The notes below the pieces were generated by a model. It worked only from the letters and a program-made list of their open reading frames with translations, was not told where the DNA came from and did not search any database. Below, piece after piece: positions 8,697 through 19,174 of a DNA stretch of 64,000 nt. The translations under genes and the position numbers were made by a program. Source of the stretch: Kiritimatiellia bacterium (GTDB lineage: Bacteria; Verrucomicrobiota; Kiritimatiellia; RFP12; UBA1067); assembly GCA_050949565.1 (NCBI GenBank), contig JBMNFY010000020.1, positions 32,001 to 96,000 on the forward strand. The letters run 5' to 3'. The stretch's first letter is position 1. The number at the start of each line of letters is the position of its first letter.

Positions 8697-11091
8697 TGAG
8701 AATCCCGGGGATGGGCTTCACCGGCGTCACGCTCACGTCGTCGATCGCCAGAGCTTGCGCATCCGCTACAGCGTCACCCTCCGCGACGGCAATCTGCCAC
8801 GCGAGGTAGAACGTCCCGCCCGGCACGACTGGCGTGCTGCACACGACCCGGCGCGCCGCGCTGCTGGTCGCACCCGGTTCGGTGTCCGTTCCGAAGACGA
8901 CCGGAGCGCCGACCTGCGCTCCATGTGACGCCATCCGTGCTGTACAGCAGTCGCACCGCGCTGGCAGCGGTGCCTTGCCTGTACTTCTCAACGTCAAAAG
9001 TCACGTCCCACTTGCGCACGTCCAGGCTCGTGCCGTTGGTGAAGCGAGCCATGATCGAGACGCTCTGCGCCTGCGTGTTATCCGTGAGCCCGCCGACCGC
9101 TTGGTCGCGGCGGCCGTCTGACGCGAAGTTGTAGCTGCCGGCGGCCGTGAAGCCGGGTGCCGCGTTGTCGTGCGTGACGGTCGTTTCAGCGTCCGCGTAT
9201 GCGCCGGTCGTGCGTACGCTGTCGCTTGTCTTCGTGCGCCAACTCCACGGCAGGACGTCCGCCGCATGCTCACCCATCTCGTCGAAGGTCTCGGTGATGC
9301 CGTTCGTCGGCACGAGGATACCTGCGGGCATGTCTCCCGCCGTCCAGGCGACATTCACATGATCGATGCCGAACGCATGGTCGTTTCCGGTGTCATCCAC
9401 ATCAACCCAGCGCAGCAGCAGTGTTCCGCCCGGCGGAATCGGTCGCAACAGGCGCACACAGCCGTCGGCTGGCACTGAGATGTCGGCGGTCACTGGGCCG
9501 CCTTTCTGGAAAAGCTCGTTCGTCACGAGCGGAGAGTCAAAGCAGAGCGCGGTCAAGCGGTGCCAAACCCCTTCTTCGTGCAAGGGGAACACGCAGTTCG
9601 TGATGCAGTACTCGGCCAAGAGCGTGTTCGTCTGCGAGTTGGCGCCGACGCGCCACTGCCGCGAGCGGCTCTGGATCACGCATTCGGTGACGGCGTTGTC
9701 GCTGGCGTTGGTCAGTGCCATGCCGTATACGTAGTCGCGTTTGCCCCCGGCCAAGGAACCCAGCGAATAGGTATTGCTGCCTTCGAAGCTGAAGGCGTAC
9801 AGTGCCCCCGCCGTCCCCGAGCCTGTGCCGTAGATGAACGACGTGACGGGCGCGTTCTTGACGTAGGCGTACCAGGCGTGAAGCGGTTCGGCTGCGTTGT
9901 CCCACACGGTGGATCCACCATAGCTTCCCAGCGCCTCGAATGTCTGGGAGTAGGTGCCGGATACGCCCGTCATGACCACCGCCGGCACACAGGCGGGCAG
10001 CACCGTGATCACCAGATCACGCGGCTCGCTCCAGCCGTCCTTGTCCTGCGCGGTGAAGGTAAAGGTCTGTACGCCTTTGTCTGCGGCGGTCGGCGTGTAG
10101 GTGAAGACCCCCGCATGCAGCGACCATGCACCGGAGATGCCTGCGGAAGCGGTCACGTTGGTCGCCGTCACCGGATCGTCGTTCGTCTCCTGAATCACGA
10201 CATCGCATGCGAAGGTTTCGCCCACGCGCACGGTTTGCGACGTGAAGGGGACGATCCGCGGCGGCTCGGCGGCTGTGTTCACCTTGATCACGTTGGAATC
10301 GGCGGTGACCTCCGAGCCATCCGTCGCCCGCACCACGTACCAGTAGACGCCTTCGACGAGGTTGGTGACCTGATACGAGGTGACGGCTCCCACCGCCTCG
10401 TTTGTCAGCGCGTACACGCGCGTGCCGTCGCCGTACTGCACGGTCACGTCGTCAATGGCTGCGAATTTCCATCTGTGTCTTTGGTATAGACCAGCCTCGA
10501 AGCGCGTGTAGGCGCTCAGCAGCCGAAAGGGGATAGCTTTGCGTCACGCGGCCGTGTTCGTTGGTCATCGGAACGTTATCGAGTTCCGTCCACCCGGTCT
10601 CATTGCTCGCCGACACTCTGGATCGACGAAGAGCCTGTCACGATTACCCCTGTACCAGAAAGAGAGATTCGTCACTGCGGCGGGATACTCTGCCGTCGTT
10701 ATCGAGTGGTCGGTCGCCTGAGAGTTTGATGGACCGGTATCGCCGACACCCGAGTGTCTGAACCCTTGTACGTCGAGTCGCTTGCCATGACCTTGATTCC
10801 CATCCTTCAGGTGTGTAATCGTCGGATAGTCGTTAAAGCCCTCGCTCACCGTTGATGGGCGGCACGCCGTCGCACCGGTAGACGTCCAGCATGTATCCGG
10901 TTGCGCCGGTCCACCGCCGACCAGTTGGCGGTGAAGCCGGTTGATGTGATCGAGGTTGCCGCCTGTGCGGTTGGCGGCGTCAGTTGCGCGTGCGCCCGCT
11001 GTGTGCCCGCCGTCAAAATGCCTAATCCGCAAACGCACATTGCGGTCAATCTTTGAAGCTCACGCCGCGACATTGTGTGATTGTTTGCCAT
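8683..11091 (-). pseudogene. Fragmented gene for a secreted FN3-containing extracellular protein
   Basis: Pieces in different frames: 11091-10846 (signal peptide, then ATSITSTGFTANWSAV FN3 start), 10447-8774 (FN3 end and beta-rich modules), and C-terminus ..IDDVSVTPVKPIPGILITVR at 8683. Several frame breaks. Confidence 0.65.
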
Positions 11092-11539
11092 GTGTTCTGA
11101 TCCTTTTCGTGTTTATCAGCATCCCATAGGCGAATTCGGAAACGCACCGCGCCGATTTTCATGATCGGCACCACGCATTATCGCACGGAGGAGTGAAAAC
11201 AGGCAAGCCTGAATCCCCTGTAACTCTCTCTGCTGGTGGCAAAGTTAGCCTATCCTTGTTAGACCAATGCGTTACTTCCGTCAGGAAACGGTTAATTTTC
11301 ACCCGACGCCTTTTCCGGTAGCGGGTCAATCCAAGTGGGCACGACAATTGCGTCGTTCTTGGGGTTGGGTGTCGAGCGTATCGTCGTGCTCGGTTTTGTT
11401 GCGTCTGGGGCATGGTGAAATCGGCGGATAGAAGTGGAGAAGTGCAGGACGATGATCATTACTCTGTGAACCTCTGACTGTGCCTTTAGGGGAAAGAATA
11501 TATCCGGGCGCTTGTGGAAGTCAAGGTTGCATGTCCAGC

Positions 11540-11568
11540 TTGTTTCTCGTAGGGGGCTTGGGTATAGT
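11540..11568 (+). promoter_or_regulatory. Possible sigma70 promoter for queA operon (also in copy 2)
   Basis: TTGTTT-N17-TATAGT about 30 nt upstream of the queA ATG. Confidence 0.35.
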
Positions 11569-11599
11569 TTGCACACATTGCACGGGGTGATGGAGTGTT

Positions 11600-12670
11600 A
11601 TGCTGACAAGTGATTTTGATTATGAATTGCCGCAGGAGTTGATCGCGCAGGAGCCGCCTGCTGAACGTGGAGCTTCACGCATGATGGTGCTGCACCGCGC
11701 GGAGGGGCGCCTGGAGCATCGCCACGTGGCCGACCTGCCGGAGTATCTCTCGGTGAATGACTTGCTGGTCCTGAACGACACGCGCGTGTTTCCGGCGCGC
11801 ATCCGGGGGCAGTGGGTGGATACCGGCGGGGCGTTCGAGTTGCTGCTGGTCGAGCCGGTCTCGGGTGATGCCGAAGCGGCGTCCGGCGAAAACGTGTGGC
11901 GGTGCATCACCGGCTCGGGACGGCCGGTTCGATCCGGACAGCGCGCAATCTTTGCCGAGGGGAACTTGACCGCCGAGCCGCTTGCTAAAAATGACAACGG
12001 CACATGGGATGTGCGCCTGTGCTCGGCGGAACCGCTGATGGTGGTGCTGGAGCAGTACGGGCTTACACCGGTGCCACCCTATATCCACCGCAGTGGCGAT
12101 GAACGCCAGGCGCGACTGGACCGTGAGCGGTACCAGACCGTCTATGCGCGCGAGACCGGCGCGGTGGCGGCACCGACGGCCGGGTTGCATTTTACGGAGT
12201 CCCTGTTCGACGCGCTTGCGGCTAAGGGCGTGCGGCGCGCGACGGTTACGCTGCATGTGGGGCCGGGCACCTTCAAGCCGGTCAAGACCGATACCGTGGA
12301 GGCGCACCGCATGGATGCCGAGCGCTATGCGGTGCCGCAGGCCACGGTTGACGCGATTCGCGACTGTCGGGCGCGCGGCGGACGCGTCGTGGCGGTCGGT
12401 AGCACTAGTGTGCGCACGTTGGAGAGCGTGGCGGCGGCGCACGGCGGTGAGGTGGTCGCAACTGCCGGTTCCAGCACCATCTTTATTTATCCGCCCTACC
12501 GCTTTCAGGCGACCGACATGATGCTCACGAATTTCCATTTGCCGCGTTCGACGCTGATCATGATGGTTGCGGCGCTGGCCGGACGCGAACTCATTCTGGC
12601 GGCCTACCGCGAGGCAGTCCGTCAACGTTACCGTTTCTTCAGCTACGGGGATTGTATGCTGATCGTGTAA
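11600..12670 (+). CDS. queA: SAM:tRNA ribosyltransferase-isomerase (copy 1)
   Basis: SDFDYELP.ELIAQ, PPYI.R, YQTVYA, GAVAAPTAGLHFT, LHVG.GTF, TNFHLPRSTL, YRFFSYGD. Confidence 0.98.
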   Translation: MLTSDFDYELPQELIAQEPPAERGASRMMVLHRAEGRLEHRHVADLPEYLSVNDLLVLNDTRVFPARIRGQWVDTGGAFELLLVEPVSGDAEAASGENVWRCITGSGRPVRSGQRAIFAEGNLTAEPLAKNDNGTWDVRLCSAEPLMVVLEQYGLTPVPPYIHRSGDERQARLDRERYQTVYARETGAVAAPTAGLHFTESLFDALAAKGVRRATVTLHVGPGTFKPVKTDTVEAHRMDAERYAVPQATVDAIRDCRARGGRVVAVGSTSVRTLESVAAAHGGEVVATAGSSTIFIYPPYRFQATDMMLTNFHLPRSTLIMMVAALAGRELILAAYREAVRQRYRFFSYGDCMLIV

Positions 12671-12781
12671 GACTTCAATGTTGTTTCTGACAGGGTAATT
12701 CGGTAGACTGATGCGCGATTTTTGGGTGACGTGCGTCCGGACGCATTGTCCTGATCTGATTGTGTGAAGAGAGGCTTTTTT

Positions 12782-13120
12782 ATGACGATGAGTAAGGTCG
12801 CGGAGGTGCTGCAGGCAGAGGTTCTTGTCAAAGGGGACGGTATGTCGCGCCGCGTCGGACACGTGATGGCGTCGGATTTGATGAGCGACGTATTACTGGT
12901 CGATGAGGAGGATATGCTGCTGTTGACTTCTCTGGCCAGTGATCAGGTCTTGCGTACCGCCCAGATTGTTGGCGCGGTGGGGGTGGTTGTCGTGAATGGC
13001 AAGCCGCTGCCCTCTTCGATGGTGAATGTGGCGAATGATCTCGGCATGACCTTGGCCACCAGCCGTCTGTCCAAGTATGATGCTTGTGTGGCGGTGCATA
13101 CCGCCCGCCATCCGTTATGA
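12782..13120 (+). CDS. DRTGG-domain-like protein (copy 1)
   Basis: ASDLMSDVL, LLLT.L...QVLRTA, and V.V.GK motifs. Confidence 0.8.
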   Translation: MTMSKVAEVLQAEVLVKGDGMSRRVGHVMASDLMSDVLLVDEEDMLLLTSLASDQVLRTAQIVGAVGVVVVNGKPLPSSMVNVANDLGMTLATSRLSKYDACVAVHTARHPL

Positions 13121-14085
13121 GCACGTCCGACAGCCAGCCTCCCATTGCGCCGGAGGAGCGCACTACGTTGGGAGAGACGGACAACGATCCGATCGTGCTG
13201 CTTGAACTCATCCAGCGCCTGAAGGTGCGTGATGTGATGACCTCGAATCTGGTGACGGTGCCGCGCGACGCAACGATGCAGCAGGCGCAGGAGTTGATGC
13301 GCCAAAAAAAGATCAGCAGCGTGCCGGTCGAGGAGAAGGGGCGTCTCTTCGGTTTGGTCAGTATCGATGACATCATTCGGGCGCTGGTCGCGGGCACGAT
13401 CCATGAGTCGTGCGGACGTCACATGACAACCAAGCTGGTGGTGCTAGAGGACGACATGCCGCTCTCCTTCGCGCTGCGTTATTTCGACCGTTACCACTAT
13501 GGGCGCTTCCCGGTTATCAATCGCGACCGCCAACTCGTGGGCATCATCTGCCATCGTGACATCAACCGCGCGTTGCTGGTTGAACTAACGCAGGAGTTGC
13601 ACCGTCTTGAGGGAGCCTCGCTCCAGAAAGATGGTGACGATGGGTCGGGGAGCCTTTATCTCTTGCGCGAATTCCCGATTTGTAAGTATGATTTTGAGAA
13701 CGCTGGGAAGGCCGCGAATCAAATCAAGCAGGTGTTGCAGGAAAAGAAACTCCCACCGAAGATCATCCGGCGGATCGCAGTGGCGGCGTATGAACTGGAG
13801 ATCAACCTGTGTGTACACTCCGATGGCGGGGTGCTCTCGTGGCAGATCTCGAACGGACGCTCAGAGATAGTCGCACGCGATGCAGGCCCCGGCATTGAGG
13901 ATGTCGAGTGGGCTTGCCGTGACGGTGCCTCTACCGCCAACGAGTGGATCCGGTCGTTGGGGTTTGGCGCGGGCATGGGCTTGGTGAATGTGCGGCGGGT
14001 TTCGGATGAGTTTGACATCAAGTCGAAAAAGGGTTCGGGAACAACAGTGAAGTCGATCATCTACATCGAGGACAAGGCATCATGA
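13117..14085 (+). CDS. CBS-domain / RsbT-like ATPase (anti-sigma Ser/Thr kinase) fusion (copy 1)
   Basis: Tandem CBS repeats (VRDVMT, FPVIN), then DFENAG.A, YELEIN, D.GPGI.D and GFGAGMGL.N. Confidence 0.85.
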   Translation: MSTSDSQPPIAPEERTTLGETDNDPIVLLELIQRLKVRDVMTSNLVTVPRDATMQQAQELMRQKKISSVPVEEKGRLFGLVSIDDIIRALVAGTIHESCGRHMTTKLVVLEDDMPLSFALRYFDRYHYGRFPVINRDRQLVGIICHRDINRALLVELTQELHRLEGASLQKDGDDGSGSLYLLREFPICKYDFENAGKAANQIKQVLQEKKLPPKIIRRIAVAAYELEINLCVHSDGGVLSWQISNGRSEIVARDAGPGIEDVEWACRDGASTANEWIRSLGFGAGMGLVNVRRVSDEFDIKSKKGSGTTVKSIIYIEDKAS

Positions 14086-14426
14086 CACTGAACGCGTTGA
14101 TTGTTGCTTGTGGTTGGGAACCGGCGCTGGTGCCGGACCCCGAGGTTGAGGTGTCGGGCGCGTATGTGTCGGACCTGCTGAGCGATGTGATGGCTCACTG
14201 CCCGGACGGTGCCGTGTTGATCACGGTGCAGAACCACACCAACTCGGTGGCGGTCTGTACGCTGGTGGGCGCGCCAGCCATTGTGCTCGTACACAACCGG
14301 GAGATTCCGGAAGAGATGCAAGCCGCGGCCTCGCGTGAAGGTGTCGCGTTGTTGCGGACGACGGACGACCAGTTCCATGCAGCCTTGAGGGTTGGGAAGG
14401 CACTTGGAATCGGAGTGGGTGAATAA
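14082..14426 (+). CDS. DRTGG-domain-like protein (copy 1)
   Basis: GAYVSDLLSDVMA and ITVQ.H.N.VAV. Confidence 0.8.
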   Translation: MTLNALIVACGWEPALVPDPEVEVSGAYVSDLLSDVMAHCPDGAVLITVQNHTNSVAVCTLVGAPAIVLVHNREIPEEMQAAASREGVALLRTTDDQFHAALRVGKALGIGVGE

Positions 14427-14438
14427 GGATTGTAAAGG

Positions 14439-14531
14439 CTCTTGCAAAACCCTTCGTGACATGGGCGTCCCGCCCATGAAACACGGGCAAGATGCCCGTG
14501 CCATGCCTATGAACAAGGGTTTTTGGAAGAG
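14439..14531. repeat. REP-like branched stem-loop (also 19058-19150; related unit 57353-57388)
   Basis: Outer arms CTCTTGCAAAACCCTT / AAGGGTTTTTGGAAGAG enclose hairpins CATGGGCG..CGCCCATG and CACGGGCA..TGCCCGTG. Confidence 0.7.
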
Positions 14532-14555
14532 ACGCGATAGACAGTTGGAGGAAGT

Positions 14556-15845
14556 ATGAACGTGAAGCTGATGGCGTTGGGGTTGTTGGTGCCGGTATTC
14601 GCTTGGGCGCAAACGGTCGAGGTGCGCGCGGATCGCGATTCGCATGTGTATCGGTGCGGGGAACCGACCACGTTCACGGTGCGTGTGGTGGACAAAGATA
14701 ACCAGCCACTGACGGCGGGACAGCTTAGCGTCGTACTGTCGAACTTTGGGACGCAGCAGGTCGCGTATGCTGCCTTTGATCTTGCGAAAGCGAATCCCGT
14801 GACATGCACCGGCACGTTGCACGAGCCGGGTTTTCTTAAGTGCACTGCCGTTGTCAAACTCGACAAGGCGCAGGTCAGGGGAGTTTCCGGCGCGGCCTAC
14901 GAGCCGGAAAAGATTGTGGCCGGTTCGCCCCGACCGGCCGATTTTGACGCCTATTGGGATGCGGCGATTGCGCGGCTTGAGGCCGAAGTGCCGCTTGATC
15001 CGCGTGTCGAACGCTTCGATCGTTACTGCTCAGACAAGCACGAGGCGTTTAAGGTGAGTTTCGCGACGTTTGACGGCCTGCGCGTGTATGGGTTCCTCAG
15101 CGTCCCTAAGGGGCCGGGGCCTTTCCCGGTGGAAGTCAATGTGCCGGGCGCGGGGCCGGGCACGACGGGCCCCAACGTTGGCATGGCGGATCGCGGATTT
15201 ATCCATTTGGTGATGAACGTTCATCCTTTCGAGCCGGCGGCGGATGCCGAAGGCCAGAAAAAGCTATATGCCGAACAGGATCGCCAAGTGCAGGAGCGTT
15301 ACGGCGTGAAGCGCTATTGCCTCGCGGGTGCGGCACAGCGCGAGACCTATTTCTACTACCGGATCATGTTGGGCATTAACCGTGCGGTCAACTGGGTGGC
15401 GGCCCGCCCGGATGTCGACAAGACGCACTTTGCTTACACGGGTAGCAGCCAGGGCGGGGGATTCGGTTTCTATCTCTTGGGGCTCAACCGTCACTTTACA
15501 AAGGGCGTGATTCATGTGCCTGCGATCACGGACTTGCTGGGCTTTCAAAAGGGACGCGACTCCGGGTGGCCGAAGCTGATTGAAAATATGCGGGAGTCCG
15601 ACAAGGCCGCCGCCATAAAGGCTGCGCCTTATTTCGACGGTGCGCATTTTGCGCCCCGGATTACTTGCCCCGTGCGTGTGTCGGTCGGTTTCATTGATGA
15701 AACCTGCCCGCCTGCCGCTGTGTATGCGGGCTATAATGCCCTGCGCGTTGCCGACAAAGAGATCGGACACGGCATCGGCATGCCGCACAGGGTCTTCCCC
15801 GAGTTCTACAATCGGTTCGATCAGCAATGGCTGAGACAGAGATGA
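14556..15845 (+). CDS. Secreted acetylxylan esterase/cephalosporin-C deacetylase-like (CE7-type) (copy 1)
   Basis: Signal peptide, P.DFDAYW, nucleophile GSSQGG, GFIDETCPP, C-terminal His. Confidence 0.85.
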   Translation: MNVKLMALGLLVPVFAWAQTVEVRADRDSHVYRCGEPTTFTVRVVDKDNQPLTAGQLSVVLSNFGTQQVAYAAFDLAKANPVTCTGTLHEPGFLKCTAVVKLDKAQVRGVSGAAYEPEKIVAGSPRPADFDAYWDAAIARLEAEVPLDPRVERFDRYCSDKHEAFKVSFATFDGLRVYGFLSVPKGPGPFPVEVNVPGAGPGTTGPNVGMADRGFIHLVMNVHPFEPAADAEGQKKLYAEQDRQVQERYGVKRYCLAGAAQRETYFYYRIMLGINRAVNWVAARPDVDKTHFAYTGSSQGGGFGFYLLGLNRHFTKGVIHVPAITDLLGFQKGRDSGWPKLIENMRESDKAAAIKAAPYFDGAHFAPRITCPVRVSVGFIDETCPPAAVYAGYNALRVADKEIGHGIGMPHRVFPEFYNRFDQQWLRQR

Positions 15846-16218
15846 GTCCGCGCCTTCCGCGCTGCGCGCGGATTTAGGATTTGAGATTTAGGATTTAGGA
15901 ATTGTCAGGAAACGGTTAATTTTCACCCGACGCCTTTTCCGGTAGCGGGTCAATCCAAGTGGGCACGACAATTGCGTCGTTCTTGGGGTTGGGTGTCGAG
16001 CGTATCGTCGTGCTCGGTTTTGTTGCGTCTGGGGCATGGTGAAATCGGCGGATAGAAGTGGAGAAGTGCAGGACGATGATCATTGCTCTGTGAATCTCTG
16101 ACTGTACCTTCAAAGAATATATCCGGGCGCTTGTGGAAGTCAAGGTTGCATGTCCAGCTTGTTTCTCGTAGGGGGCTTGGGTATAGTTTGCACACATTGC
16201 ACGGGGTGATGGAGTGTT

Positions 16219-17289
16219 ATGCTGACAAGTGATTTTGATTATGAATTGCCGCAGGAGTTGATCGCGCAGGAGCCGCCTGCTGAACGTGGAGCTTCACGCA
16301 TGATGGTGCTGCACCGCGCGGAGGGGCGCCTGGAGCATCGCCACGTGGCCGACCTGCCGGAGTATCTCTCGGTGAATGACTTGCTGGTCCTGAACGACAC
16401 GCGTGTGTTTCCGGCGCGCATCCGGGGGCAGTGGGTGGATACCGGCGGGGCGTTCGAGTTGCTGCTGGTCGAGCCGGTCTCGGGTGATGCCGAAGCGGCG
16501 TCCGGCGAAAACGTGTGGCGGTGCATCACCGGCTCGGGACGACCGGTTCGAGCCGGACAGCGCGCAATCTTTGCCGAGGGGAACTTGACCGCCGAGCCGC
16601 TTGCTAAAAATGACAACGGCACATGGGATGTGCGCCTGTGCTCGGCGGAACCGCTGATGGCGGTGCTGGAGCAGTACGGGCTTACACCGGTGCCACCCTA
16701 TATCCACCGCAGTGGCGATGAACGCCAGGCGCGACTGGACCGTGAGCGGTACCAGACCGTCTATGCGCGCGAGACCGGCGCGGTGGCGGCACCGACGGCC
16801 GGGTTGCATTTTACGGAGTCCCTGTTCGACGCGCTTGCGGCTAAGGGCGTGCGGCGCGCGACGGTCACGTTGCATGTGGGGCCGGGCACCTTCAAGCCGG
16901 TCAAGACCGATACCGTGGAGGCGCACCGCATGGATGCCGAGCGCTATGCGGTGCCGCAGGCCACGGTTGACGCGATTCGCGACTGTCGGGCGCGCGGCGG
17001 ACGCGTCGTGGCGGTCGGCAGTACCAGTGTGCGCACGTTGGAGAGCGTGGCGGCGGCGCACGGCGGCGAAGTGGTCGCGACCGCCGGTTCCAGCACCATC
17101 TTTATCTATCCGCCTTACCGCTTCCAGGCGACCGATATGATGCTCACGAATTTCCATTTGCCGCGTTCGACGCTGATCATGATGGTCGCGGCGCTGGCCG
17201 GGCGCGAGCGCATTCTGGCGGCCTACCGCGAGGCAGTCCGTCAACGTTACCGTTTCTTCAGCTACGGGGATTGTATGCTGATCGTGTAA
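16219..17289 (+). CDS. queA: SAM:tRNA ribosyltransferase-isomerase (copy 2)
   Basis: As copy 1, with 3 amino-acid differences. Confidence 0.98.
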   Translation: MLTSDFDYELPQELIAQEPPAERGASRMMVLHRAEGRLEHRHVADLPEYLSVNDLLVLNDTRVFPARIRGQWVDTGGAFELLLVEPVSGDAEAASGENVWRCITGSGRPVRAGQRAIFAEGNLTAEPLAKNDNGTWDVRLCSAEPLMAVLEQYGLTPVPPYIHRSGDERQARLDRERYQTVYARETGAVAAPTAGLHFTESLFDALAAKGVRRATVTLHVGPGTFKPVKTDTVEAHRMDAERYAVPQATVDAIRDCRARGGRVVAVGSTSVRTLESVAAAHGGEVVATAGSSTIFIYPPYRFQATDMMLTNFHLPRSTLIMMVAALAGRERILAAYREAVRQRYRFFSYGDCMLIV

Positions 17290-17400
17290 GACTTCAATGT
17301 TGTTTCTGACAGGGTAATTCGGTAGACTGATGCGCGATTTTTGGGTGACGTGCGTCCGGACGCATTGTCCTGATCTGATTGTGTGAAGAGAGGCTTTTTT

Positions 17401-17739
17401 ATGACGATGAGTAAGGTCGCGGAGGTGCTGCAGGCAGAGGTTCTTGTCAAAGGGGACGGTATGTCGCGCCGCGTCGGACACGTGATGGCGTCGGATTTGA
17501 TGAGCGACGTATTACTGGTCGATGAGGAGGATATGCTGCTGTTGACTTCTCTGGCCAGTGATCAGGTCTTGCGTACCGCCCAGATTGTTGGCGCGGTGGG
17601 GGTGGTTGTCGTGAATGGCAAGCCGCTGCCCTCTTCGATGGTGAATGTGGCGAATGATCTCGGCATGACCTTGGCCACCAGCCGTCTGTCCAAGTATGAT
17701 GCTTGTGTGGCGGTGCATACCGCCCGCCATCCGTTATGA
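17401..17739 (+). CDS. DRTGG-domain-like protein (copy 2)
   Basis: Identical protein to 12782-13120. Confidence 0.8.
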   Translation: MTMSKVAEVLQAEVLVKGDGMSRRVGHVMASDLMSDVLLVDEEDMLLLTSLASDQVLRTAQIVGAVGVVVVNGKPLPSSMVNVANDLGMTLATSRLSKYDACVAVHTARHPL

Positions 17740-18704
17740 GCACGTCCGACAGCCAGCCTCCCATTGCGCCGGAGGAGCGCACTACGTTGGGAGAGACGGA
17801 CAACGATCCGATCGTGCTGCTTGAACTCATCCAGCGCCTGAAGGTGCGTGATGTGATGACCTCGAATCTGGTGACGGTGCCGCGCGACGCAACGATGCAG
17901 CAGGCGCAGGAGTTGATGCGCCAAAAAAAGATCAGCAGCGTGCCGGTCGAGGAGAAGGGGCGTCTCTTCGGTTTGGTCAGTATCGATGACATCATTCGGG
18001 CGCTGGTCGCGGGCACGATCCATGAGTCGTGCGGACGTCACATGACAACCAAGCTGGTGGTGCTAGAGGACGACATGCCGCTCTCCTTCGCGCTGCGTTA
18101 TTTCGACCGTTACCACTATGGGCGCTTCCCGGTTATCAATCGCGACCGCCAACTCGTGGGCATCATCTGCCATCGTGACATCAACCGCGCGTTGCTGGTT
18201 GAACTAACGCAGGAGTTGCACCGTCTTGAGGGAGCCTCGCTCCAGAAAGATGGTGACGATGGGTCGGGGAGCCTTTATCTCTTGCGCGAATTCCCGATTT
18301 GTAAGTATGATTTTGAGAACGCTGGGAAGGCCGCGAATCAAATCAAGCAGGTGTTGCAGGAAAAGAAACTCCCACCGAAGATCATCCGGCGGATCGCAGT
18401 GGCGGCGTATGAACTGGAGATCAACCTGTGTGTACACTCCGATGGCGGGGTGCTCTCGTGGCAGATCTCGAACGGACGCTCAGAGATAGTCGCACGCGAT
18501 GCAGGCCCCGGCATTGAGGATGTCGAGTGGGCTTGCCGTGACGGTGCCTCTACCGCCAACGAGTGGATCCGGTCGTTGGGGTTTGGCGCGGGCATGGGCT
18601 TGGTGAATGTGCGGCGGGTTTCGGATGAGTTTGACATCAAGTCGAAAAAGGGTTCGGGAACAACAGTGAAGTCGATCATCTACATCGAGGACAAGGCATC
18701 ATGA
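17736..18704 (+). CDS. CBS-domain / RsbT-like ATPase fusion (copy 2)
   Basis: Identical protein to 13117-14085. Confidence 0.85.
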   Translation: MSTSDSQPPIAPEERTTLGETDNDPIVLLELIQRLKVRDVMTSNLVTVPRDATMQQAQELMRQKKISSVPVEEKGRLFGLVSIDDIIRALVAGTIHESCGRHMTTKLVVLEDDMPLSFALRYFDRYHYGRFPVINRDRQLVGIICHRDINRALLVELTQELHRLEGASLQKDGDDGSGSLYLLREFPICKYDFENAGKAANQIKQVLQEKKLPPKIIRRIAVAAYELEINLCVHSDGGVLSWQISNGRSEIVARDAGPGIEDVEWACRDGASTANEWIRSLGFGAGMGLVNVRRVSDEFDIKSKKGSGTTVKSIIYIEDKAS

Positions 18705-19045
18705 CACTGAACGCGTTGATTGTTGCTTGTGGTTGGGAACCGGCGCTGGTGCCGGACCCCGAGGTTGAGGTGTCGGGCGCGTATGTGTCGGACCTGCTGA
18801 GCGATGTGATGGCTCACTGCCCGGACGGTGCCGTGTTGATCACGGTGCAGAACCACACCAACTCGGTGGCGGTCTGTACGCTGGTGGGCGCGCCAGCCAT
18901 TGTGCTCGTACACAACCGGGAGATTCCGGAAGAGATGCAAGCCGCGGCCTCGCGTGAAGGTGTCGCGTTGTTGCGGACGACGGACGACCAGTTCCATGCA
19001 GCCTTGAGGGTTGGGAAGGCACTTGGAATCGGAGTGGGTGAATAA
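18701..19045 (+). CDS. DRTGG-domain-like protein (copy 2)
   Basis: Identical protein to 14082-14426. Confidence 0.8.
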   Translation: MTLNALIVACGWEPALVPDPEVEVSGAYVSDLLSDVMAHCPDGAVLITVQNHTNSVAVCTLVGAPAIVLVHNREIPEEMQAAASREGVALLRTTDDQFHAALRVGKALGIGVGE

Positions 19046-19174
19046 GGATTGTAAAGGCTCTTGCAAAACCCTTCGTGACATGGGCGTCCCGCCCATGAAA
19101 CACGGGCAAGATGCCCGTGCCATGCCTATGAACAAGGGTTTTTGGAAGAGACGCGATAGACAGTTGGAGGAAGT

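Noticed and set aside
11159-11599. Small minus-strand ORFs or ncRNA upstream of queA
   Set aside because: The frames differ between the two duplicate copies because of the 5-bp indel, and I recognise no riboswitch or tRNA fold.
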